DNA of 64,000 nt. Origin: Neoconidiobolus thromboides FSU 785. Lineage: Eukaryota > Fungi > Entomophthoromycota. The notes under the pieces are model-generated. The model saw only the letters and a list, made by a program, of their open reading frames with translations, was not told where the DNA came from and ran no database searches. Positions 54,410-63,905 of this stretch are shown here, in pieces. Made by a program: the position numbers and the translations under genes. Each line of letters begins with the position of its first letter. Position 1 is the first letter of the stretch. The stretch covers positions 73,933 to 137,932 of the forward strand of contig MU626297.1 in NCBI GenBank assembly GCA_025603075.1. Reading direction: 5' to 3'.

Positions 54410-55351
54410 ATGGACAATACTTTATTAATCCCTAAAATATCAATCGGACTGGACTTTAGTGTAGCTGGACTATCAACTATTATTAACAGTATTATATTGA
54501 TCTCACTATTTAAATTATCACCACTTAAAAACATTGAGATATTAATCACATTCTTATCATTATCCTTTGATTTATCCTATTCAGCTTTATCAATTATACA
54601 AAAAGTATTTATATTTGCATTTGAGAGCAAATATTTCCATGATAATAGTTTATTATGTTTAATTAATAGTATTTCAAATGAATCCATAGCATCAAATAAT
54701 GTATGCTTTGTAATGCTGTTGGCTATATTAAGATATTTTTATATTGTAAAAAACAACAAAATCAATTACTGGGTTATTGTCGGTGCTATATTGTTTTTTA
54801 TGATAGTTAATTTCAGTTTAATTATTGTTGATGTGATAATATCAAACCCTAAGGTTATGCCAGTAGGCCATTATTGTAGACCTAGGAAAGTAACTAATAG
54901 TGTATTTGCAGAGAATTTTATTTTGGCCTATAATCTCATTTTAATAATAAGATGGTGCTTATTTATAATAACAATTTATTATTGTTACACATTAGTATTG
55001 TACCATCACTATAAGGTCAATTTTAAGCAGCTAATTAGGAAATCAATGAGTCCTATCAAAAACAACAATTTAATTCATCAATTTAATACTTCAGTTAAAA
55101 GTAGATATTTTAATTTAATTATTAAAGCCGTTTTGATGTTAATTTGTTATACATTAACCGTCAGTATGGATTTATATACACTTATTCCATATATGCTCTA
55201 TAAACAGAAGATCCCTCCTTTAATTGATTTAATAAGTGTTTTTCTGAGATCCTTGCTTCCCCTATTTAATGGTATTTTTATTTTATTATTACATGATGAA
55301 ATTTATTATTCCTTTATTAACTTAATAAAAAAGATGTTTTTTATTAAATAA
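54410..55351 (+). CDS. Intronless 7TM class-A GPCR-like protein, paralog of 50238-51290
   Basis: Shared motifs KYFxxNSxLC, LAILRY, PKxMPxxxYC, YTLTV..DL.TLIPY, IDLIxxxLRSLxPLFxxIFxLxLHD. Confidence 0.75.
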   Translation: MDNTLLIPKISIGLDFSVAGLSTIINSIILISLFKLSPLKNIEILITFLSLSFDLSYSALSIIQKVFIFAFESKYFHDNSLLCLINSISNESIASNNVCFVMLLAILRYFYIVKNNKINYWVIVGAILFFMIVNFSLIIVDVIISNPKVMPVGHYCRPRKVTNSVFAENFILAYNLILIIRWCLFIITIYYCYTLVLYHHYKVNFKQLIRKSMSPIKNNNLIHQFNTSVKSRYFNLIIKAVLMLICYTLTVSMDLYTLIPYMLYKQKIPPLIDLISVFLRSLLPLFNGIFILLLHDEIYYSFINLIKKMFFIK

Positions 55352-55467
55352 AAAGCAAGAACAAAATAAACAAAAGTTAAATTTGATGTTTTTTATTTAA
55401 AATAATATTTTTATTATTTTTTAAGTGAAGGATATGATTATTGTAATTACTATGTAATAATAATAAT

Positions 55468-56856
55468 TTATAATTCAGGTGAGGACCTCTTTTGAATTCT
55501 AAAATGTTTATTATCATTATTATTTAATAATGATCTCGTGCTATAGCTTTTGTTAGGTGATTGCTTCATCTGTTTATCTTTATCTTCTTCGCTTCCTTCT
55601 TCACTTTTATTAATTGTATTATTACTGTCATCATCGTTTTCATCATTATTTTCATTTTCATTATTGGTTTGATTACTATTGTTGCTACTACTTTCGTTTG
55701 ATTTGGTGAAAAGTCTATGATAACTCACATCTTTATTATGTGTACGCATATGTTGTTTAAGGTGTGTTTTACGATGAAATGATTTACCACAATTTGATAT
55801 TGGACAAAAGAAACTTTTTTCTCCATGTGTTTTCTTGTGCTCCCTTAATGTTTTTGGATCATTATACGCCTTATCACATCCTAGTACTTTGCATTGGTAC
55901 GGCCTTTGATTTGTATGTGAATGCATATGTTCTGATAATCTATCTGATGCCGAGTAACTTTTATCACACCCTGGATATTGACATATATATGGCCTTTCCC
56001 CAGTATGAGAATAAACGTGGCGATGCAATGAGCCTTTCGAACGATAAGTATTAAAGCAAGAATTATATCTACAAGGATGCCATTTTATGGGATGATCACA
56101 CTGTTTTTTATTTAATTCAACTAAATAATTCAATGGTACGCTATCCCTCATAACTGTAATTAACTGATGGCTCAATTTATTTTTCTTTTCTTGTTCCTGT
56201 TCATCCTTGGTTTTATTTGAAATAAAATAAAGTGAATGTGAAGGGCTAATAGTATGACTATTGTTAAACGAGTTATTACTCATCTTTTTCTTTTCTTTTT
56301 CTTCTTCTTTTTCATCCTCAGAATATTTTTTTAATAGGTTCATCATACTTAGTATTAATTGATCCATATGCTGGATATTTGGTAATTCATTTGCAGTCGG
56401 AAGTAAACTATTTTGGCTATTCTCATCAGTGATTGTAGTAACATTAGCTAAATCCCCATTATTATTCAATGTACTATTGTTGTTTAATTTAATATTACTT
56501 AAATCTGAATAATTTGATAAACTCTGCTTTTCGCTTTTTTCTAGCCGCTGATCTCCATATTTGTTGTTGTTTTTATAGCTTAAATTAAATTCTGCTTTAG
56601 GAAATAAGTCTAGGTTTACCGGCGAGTTGCTATTCCCGCTATCAGTCACTGAAATATTGTAGCTTGATTGTTCTGGAGAATCGTTTGTATTTACTTTATT
56701 TGAACCTAAACTTTCGGATCTACTACTCACGACAGTTGATGATGATACCCCTTGATCAGGTGACAAAAAAGTGGCTTTTAATTTTTTTGTTAAAGAAAAG
56801 CTATTTAATTCTTTGTTTTGATTCTGATTATAGCTGTCTTTGGACCTGGAATCCAT
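55468..56856 (-). CDS. C2H2 zinc-finger transcription factor (4 tandem fingers), intronless
   Basis: Four Cx4C-x12-Hx3H fingers with HTGERP and HTNQRP linkers; Ser/Asn-rich N-terminus. Confidence 0.92.
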   Translation of the reverse strand: MDSRSKDSYNQNQNKELNSFSLTKKLKATFLSPDQGVSSSTVVSSRSESLGSNKVNTNDSPEQSSYNISVTDSGNSNSPVNLDLFPKAEFNLSYKNNNKYGDQRLEKSEKQSLSNYSDLSNIKLNNNSTLNNNGDLANVTTITDENSQNSLLPTANELPNIQHMDQLILSMMNLLKKYSEDEKEEEKEKKKMSNNSFNNSHTISPSHSLYFISNKTKDEQEQEKKNKLSHQLITVMRDSVPLNYLVELNKKQCDHPIKWHPCRYNSCFNTYRSKGSLHRHVYSHTGERPYICQYPGCDKSYSASDRLSEHMHSHTNQRPYQCKVLGCDKAYNDPKTLREHKKTHGEKSFFCPISNCGKSFHRKTHLKQHMRTHNKDVSYHRLFTKSNESSSNNSNQTNNENENNDENDDDSNNTINKSEEGSEEDKDKQMKQSPNKSYSTRSLLNNNDNKHFRIQKRSSPEL

Positions 56857-57371
56857 AAATTAAATATTATACTTTGAGTTCTGTATAGTATTGTTCGGGT
56901 ATATTAAGGATAATATTACACCTCAATAAATAAATAACTTTGAAATAACTTAATATTTATTGTAATATGTAGTAATATATAGTAATAATAAATTTAATAT
57001 CTTCTGGTATTAACTTTAGAATTGAATATTTATGATTGTTATATCGTTCCTTTCTTATAGTTACTAATAATCGGTTTTAGTAAGCGGTGACTGTTGTAGT
57101 GAAATGAGAAAGAGAAAGAAAGATTTACTTTCAAAAGCGCTCAAAAATTAATTTCTATTTATTTAAACTTACAACTAACTTATCAAAATTTACGAAATCT
57201 AGTTCAAGTTATTTAAATTTAATCATTTTTAAGCAATTAAAATCAAAAATTAGATACTTTTTTTTTGTTGTTTTTTTTAAACAATACAACTTTTTAATTA
57301 TATTTAAACGATAAATTTATTTTGTTGATTCATTTTAACTTAATAATTATTGCCCACTCCCACTATCCTCT

Positions 57372-57722
57372 AGATCGGATCGAAAATCGAAAATAACTCT
57401 TCGTTATTGGCCCCAAGCTTAGGGCATGTCATCCCAATTAAGTAATTTTTCCTTTACTCCAACTTTCCATTTAGACTTTGCTTAAACACCAGATGAGAGT
57501 GATAGTCCAATCAAACTTAAAAAAAGACCCTATTAAAATTAATATTGGTAATATTTAGGTAATTCTAAGGAGGGGTGAATTCATGACAACTTTGTAAGGA
57601 TAAAACTTACAATAAAATTGCACTTTTGGGGGACAAAAAGTAAAGATCGGATCGAATTAAATAAGTTAGGGACTTAAACTTTTACCCTAAATAACATGAT
57701 TGGCTAACTCGCATTACCCTAA
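57372..57722. promoter_or_regulatory. Motif cluster upstream of the C2H2 gene: four TTAGGG/CCCTAA hexamers and a duplicated 13-mer AGATCGGATCGAA
   Basis: TTAGGG at 57419 and 57666, CCCTAA at 57685 and 57717; 13-mer at 57372 and 57644. Function is inferred only. Confidence 0.4.
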
Positions 57723-58500
57723 CTTTTTTATGTTTGGTTTGATTATTGATTTCATAAAAATAGTAAATTGAACTGATTTATCACTTTGTATTATCTTGCA
57801 TAAATAAAATTTTCATTGTTTTAAGGAGAGATCATTTGGGTTGTTTGACAACTGGCTCAATTTAAACGTGGATTGGGGATTTTATTTTGTATTTACTAAA
57901 TTTAATAGTAATAATATTTTCTATTTTTAGAATAAGAAATACAATATATAAATGCCTATTCTACGTTTAAATGAAATTCTAGTAAGCATTCATCTTACAA
58001 TTTTATTCTTTTTGAATAAATTTCACAGTTCCTATCTTTGCTTAAAACATTACACCATGATTCAATTTTAAAAAGCACTTATTGGATTCTACAATCAAGA
58101 TAACAACAATAAATAAAACTGTAATTTTATTATATGTTTTATCTGAAGCATTTTTATTAAATGCTTTGTTATTAATATTCGACTTATGAAAGTTAAAAAA
58201 GTTAATTTAAAGATATGTCTTTTTATAATTTTAAACTTTCAAAATTTATTATTATATTTTATGAGTTTTATCATACTATATATTTAAAGTATTTTTATTT
58301 AAATTGATTAAAAAATTATATTTTTTATAATTTTTATGTTACAGTTATTTTATAAATAATAAAGTCTATTTTGCAAATTATCAAAATAATAATTGAAAAA
58401 AAAATAAATTTAAATATTTTTATCAATACAAGGGATGTTTAAATTATCTCAGGATTTAAAATTCAACTTTTAAGTTTAAAGTTGTAAGCCCTTAATATAT

Positions 58501-58599
58501 TGAAATGTATTTTTTGTTTTAAGAATTCTATTAATAATGTTTCCACTCAAATAGTGCTTAAAAGATTAAGAAAGTGATGAAGCCAAAAAAAATAGCTTT
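58501..58599 (-). mobile_element. 99-bp MITE copy with decayed termini, TSD ATAT
   Basis: ATAT|TGAAATGTATTTTTTG..CCACTCAAATAGTGCTTAAAAG..GAAGCCAAAAAAAATAGCTTT|ATAT. Confidence 0.75.
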
Positions 58600-58764
58600 A
58601 TATAATTAGTTAAATTTAAAAAGCTTAAAACTAAATAAAAATAAAATAAAATGAAAAAATAAAAATTAGAATTTATTACTAATATAAATTCAGTTAAGCG
58701 ATATATATAATTAATACTTCAAAAAAATAGAAAAAGTGATGAAGTCAAAAAAATACCCCCATAT

Positions 58765-59219
58765 TGAAATCTGGTACTCAGTGGCTGGAGTCAAAAGCAG
58801 TTCCTGCTTGATTAATTAATTGTAAGTCAAGAGGTCTTAGTTTATGTGACTAAGATAGACTTGAATTATGAAGAAAAGCACACAATAGGCTACGGACTAT
58901 GTAAGATAAATAGAATAGACAATATTATTGTAAAATCTATGTAAAATACTATCAAAAAGACTTAGTAGGCTTATTAAAAGTACCATATCAAAGAATAATC
59001 CAATTAAAAAGTCTTGAGTTACTATATTCTAAAATCCCTTTTATACTCCAAGTACGGATACCAAAGCGAAAGGATAATATTCTTTGTAATGAAGTTGGAA
59101 GTTCTCTCAGCAAATCAAAACAAGAGACTCTGAATTGATTGTGCCTGAACTTGAGAACATAACAACTTAAGTGATTGTTATGTTATAATCAGTCATAGAG
59201 CTGACAGAACAATATTTCA
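58765..59219 (+). mobile_element. ~455-bp LTR-like element copy
   Basis: TGAAATCTGGTACTCAGTG...GCTGACAGAACAATATTTCA, colinear with 42579-43042. Preceded by a MITE half ending at 58760. Confidence 0.75.
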
Positions 59220-59225
59220 AAATAT

Positions 59226-59320
59226 AGGGATGTTTTTTCTTGATTTCATTATTTTTCCGTTTTTTAAATTCTATTTAAGTGGAAAAATTGTTAATAAAAT
59301 TCTTAAAAAAATATATCCCC
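59226..59320 (+). mobile_element. 95-bp MITE copy, TSD ATAT
   Basis: ATAT|AGGGATGTTTT...ATATATCCCC|ATAT. Confidence 0.85.
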
Positions 59321-59542
59321 ATATAGTAAATATTTTAATAATTTAAAAGATAAAGCAGTAGTTAGGTTAATATTTTTTAAACATATATTAAGTAATTTTA
59401 AAAATATAGGAAGAAAAACAAATTTATATAATATATGTATCTAGTATATAGGTAGAAAAAAGCCATTTAAAATAGAGCAAATATAATAATAAAAAATAAA
59501 ATAATAAGAATTATATAATAATTTTGGACTTCAAATAAAATA

Positions 59543-59635
59543 CGGGGTGTTTTTTTGGTTTTATTACTTTTTTCTTTAAGCACTATTTAAGCAGAAATAT
59601 TACTAGTAAAGTTCTTAAATGAAAAAACATATTCT
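59543..59635 (+). mobile_element. 93-bp MITE copy, TSD AATA
   Basis: AATA|CGGGGTGTTTT...AACATATTCT|AATA. Confidence 0.7.
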
Positions 59636-60523
59636 AATATACATGAGGCTGTTTGACTGATTTAATATTTAAAAAGCTCTTATTTGAAAAATTCATAATG
59701 ATTAATGTGTAAGCAAATACAGGAAATCGTTTTTAATTTTAAAAGTTCTTATATTATATACTAAATTTTTTTATGAAATAAACAATAGTATAAATATCAA
59801 TTTTAAAGCTTTATAATAAAAAAACAGCTTTAAACATAAATAAAATAAAAAATATTGATTAGTTAGTTTATAAACATAATAAAAAAAGATATAATTTTTA
59901 AAAAGTATAAAAAAATAAAGAAATAAAAAACATTTATATTTTATCATTGAGTATCTGATGAATAGATGAAAGATGAATATAAGTTTAATTAAAATTATAA
60001 AGTTTATAAAAAAAACAAAAAATTTAAAATTTTTAATATTTATTAAGCAAGTGATTTATTAAATGAAAAGCTAAAAAAGACATGTTCAAATAAATCTCAG
60101 AAATTGAATTTAAAATGAGCTGCAAAATTCATTGATTTTGGGTGTTTTAAAACTTGCTAACTAAATCAAAAGTTACTACATGAAAAATTGTTAAAACTAA
60201 TTTTTGTGATGCAAAAAGCCACTTTTACTTTGGATTTAGTAATAGCTTATACATGTACTTTAATGTTTCTTAAACTCAAAATTAGTAAACATTAAACATA
60301 CTTACTTCTAGTCTTGTTCATTATGATAATCTTCAAGGAAGTTTAATAATTTTAGTTCTATTATTGCTTAATAATATCAGTTTAGTTTTTCGTTCTTATA
60401 AATTTTTACATATACGCAGTAAGAGTAATGTTCTAAATTTAAAAGCTTATGCCATTGCCACAAAATTTGTTCCCAAAAAGTAAAGTTTGCAAAAAAAAAA
60501 GCAGATTTAAAAACTAAAATAAA

Positions 60524-62151
60524 ATGGTGATTAGTTATTGTTTTTTAATTTATTACGGCCAACAGATGGATAGCTTTTCAGATAATGATGGAGAATTTTA
60601 TGAAGAGAATAGTGATATTGAATACGATTCTGATAGTGGAATGGTAGATGAAATAGGTGACTCGTTTGAGCCATTAGAAAAAGAAAAAAAGAAAAAAAAA
60701 ATGTATGAGTGTGAATTTAAGATGTTCACCCCAGAAGAATTACGCGAATATCAGGATAAGGAAATTACAGCAATAAATGATATATTTGGGCTAGATAAAG
60801 CTTTAATTGGGATTTTATTGAGAAAATATCGCTGGAACAGAGATAAGCTTACTGAATTGTTAAGCGATGACCCGGATAACACTTATAAAAAATCAGGAAT
60901 TGATATCATATTAGATAAGGGAGATTTTGAACCAGAAATTAAAGAAGAAACCGATTTTTTTTGTAACATATGCTGTAACGATTCTCCAAATCAAAAAGTG
61001 GTCAAGTTTTATTGTGGAGTTGATGTTTGCTTTGATTGTCATAAAACTTACCTTGAGCAGAAAATTTATGATGGTGGTTCCAGAGCTATAGTTTGTCTAA
61101 CTAATTGCGGTGTTCCGTACAAAGATGACACTATTAAAAACATTGTTAGTACTTTTAATTATGAAAAGTAAGTAGTTTTTTATCTTTATTTTTATTTTAA
61201 TTAATATTATAATATAGATATTTAGAATGTAATGATAAAATATTTGTACAAGATAAGTCCTATTTTAAATGGTGCCCATTACCTGAATGTAAAAACGCTG
61301 TGTATTGCGAGGTACCACCATCTTCGTTAACAACCTTTGTGCCCTCAGTTAAATGCCAAAGTGATCATTCATTTTGTTTTGGTTGCTTACGTCAAGATCA
61401 TTCCCCGTGCTTATGCTTTTATGCAGATTTATGGATAAAAAAGTGTGAAGATGATTCAGAAACAGCAAATTGGTTAAATGCAAACACCAAAGAATGCCCA
61501 AAATGTGGCTCAACTATTGAAAAGAACGGTGGTTGTAACCATATGACTTGTCGTAAATGTACCAATGAATTCTGTTGGGTATGTATGGGATCGTGGGCTC
61601 AACATGGACAAGCTTGGTATAATTGCACTAGATATGATGAAAAAGAAGGTGCAGATGCAAGAAACAAGCAAGAGGAATCGAGGAGAAACTTGAAAAGATA
61701 CCTCCACTATTATAATCGTTATATGAACCATCTCCAAAGTTCTAAGTTAGATCAAGATCTTTATGCTCGTACTGAGAATAACATGGAGCTTATGCAAAAA
61801 GAATCAGAGCTCTCATGGATAGAAGTACAATTTTTAAAGAGTGCCGTGGATACCTTAGTAGAGTGTAGACACACCTTAATGTGGAGTTACGCATTTGCCT
61901 ATTATCTAGCTAGAGATAACTCTGCTTATTTGTTTGAGAACAATCAACAAGATTTAGAACTTAATACAGAAGCTTTATCTGGACTGCTTGAAGAGCCAAT
62001 TGAAAAGGATACAATTTCGATATTAAAGCAAAAAGTTCTAGACAAAGCTTTTTATGTTAGCCAGCGCAGAGATATTTTGCTTGAAGATGTTATGAAAGGA
62101 TTCCAAGAAGATCGTTGGGCTTATAACACTGATATGAAGAAACCTTTTTAG
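60524..62151 (+). CDS. ARI1: Ariadne-type RBR E3 ubiquitin ligase (ARI1/Hel1), spliced
   Basis: Acidic N-terminus, UBA-like region, RING1, IBR (WCPLPEC..C..H.FCFGC..DHSPC), RING2 (ECPKC..IEKNGGCNHMTC..EFCWVC) and Ariadne domain (RYLHYYNRYMNH). Alternative start ATG at 60566. Confidence 0.96.
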
Positions 62152-62521
62152 GCCATTTAATATACTAATTTTGCTAATAAAGTTTTATTTGTTTAAAATG
62201 ATATTTTATTTTATATTTAAGCTATTATATAAATCATTAATAATAGATCATCTTTTTTGATTTTTGAAAATTTGTGTGATTTGAATACTTTTTTTCTCAT
62301 GAGAATAACCTCGTCTTATGAGTGTAGGTTTATAATACAGTGTAGTAGGAAGGAGAATTGTCTTTAGCCTTTTTTTAAAAGCTAAGTCATTGAATTATTT
62401 CAATTTAAAAATACTTGTGTAATTGAAGTTATAAGTATGGGGCTATTTTTATTGGTTTGTTTCTAAAAGAATCTAATTAATGATGATGGAAAATTTCAAA
62501 CTTGGATTAATTTCAATATAC

Positions 62522-62619
62522 GGAGATGTATTTTTGTATTTGAGAATTTTACCAACAATTTTTTCACTTGAATAGCGCTTAAAAGATGGAAAAAGTAATG
62601 AAGCCAAAAAAAACACCCC
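62522..62619 (-). mobile_element. 98-bp MITE copy, TSD ATAC
   Basis: ATAC|GGAGATGTATTT...AAAAACACCCC|ATAC. Confidence 0.85.
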
Positions 62620-63267
62620 ATACTTTTCTCCCAAAATTTAGGTTTATCTGTTTTGTGGTAAAAAAATTTAACATTCAACCTGTTGTTAACTATTTCATCT
62701 CGTTTTTAAGCAAGAAAGGAGCTAAATTTGAACAATATTTTAATACATCATAAATTAAAATTAGACGTTTTTATTTTCATATTAAACAAAGCTGTTGTAA
62801 TGTAATCTTTAAAAAAATATTATTTAAAGTGTTAAAATTAAAAAGTATAATTAAAAACAATGTTTAAATGTATATAAAATAATAATAAAAATATTTGATA
62901 AAAAATCTTTAATAAAAAATAAAATCATAAAGCAAAGTTACTTAATGCGTACGACAATATTTTATAAAACATACATTCTAATTTTTAGAATATTTATTTT
63001 TAATTAGCTTTGTTTTTAACCGGTTTTAATTGATTTTTATTTTGGAAGTTTAAAAATTAGATAAAATTTAAATTAATCAAATATAAAATATTGTTTTACT
63101 AGCTTTGTGGTTAATCTGAAGCTTTTTATTTAGACTTATTATAAATCTTTTTACTATTTAATTGAAAAAAATATTATTTTTACATTTTAATGTCTATATT
63201 TAATAGCTATGATGAAAACAGTAATAATTTTATTTTTTATATACAGCTGTTTAATTGATACATACAT

Positions 63268-63365
63268 AGGGGTGTTTTTTTGGCTTCATCGCTTTTTTTA
63301 TCTTTTAAGCGCTATTTAAGCGAAAAAATTGTTAGTGAAATCCTTAAACATAAGAATATATACCT
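63268..63365 (+). mobile_element. MITE copy (TSD not clean)
   Basis: AGGGGTGTTTTTTTGGCTTCATC..AAGCGCTATTTAAGCG..AAATCCTTAAACATAAGAATATATACC. Confidence 0.8.
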
Positions 63366-63440
63366 ATACTCTTTAACATAATAGTTAAAAGCTTTTTTAA
63401 ATCATTTTGTATACTATATTTTTTATATATAGCTTATAAG

Positions 63441-63905
63441 TGTGAAATCTGGTACTCAGTGTTTGGAGTCAAGAGGTCTTAGTTTATATGACTAAGATAG
63501 ACTTGAATAATAGCACATAATAGGCTACGGACTATGTAAGATAAATAGAATAAACAATGCTACTATAAAATCTACGTAAATACTATCAAAAAGACTTAGT
63601 AGGCTTATTAAAAGTACCATATCAAAGAATAATCCAATTAAAAAGTCTTGATTTACTATATTCTAAAATCTCTTTTATACTCCAAGTGCGGATACCAAAG
63701 CGAAAGGATAATATTCTTTAATATATCGAACATTTAACAGACTCTCTAAGTTTACTTAATAGTATTTTACGTACATTTTACATTAGTATTGTCCGTTTTA
63801 TTTATCTTATATAGTCCGTAGCCTATTATGTGCTATTATTCAAGTCTATCTTAGTCATATAAACTAAGACCTCTTGACTCCAAACACTGAGTACCAGATT
63901 TCACA
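63441..63905. repeat. Terminal inverted pair of 5' parts of the 460-bp element (forward 63441-63719, reverse ~63706-63905)
   Basis: 63441-63535 is the exact reverse complement of 63811-63905 (95 bp). Confidence 0.92.
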
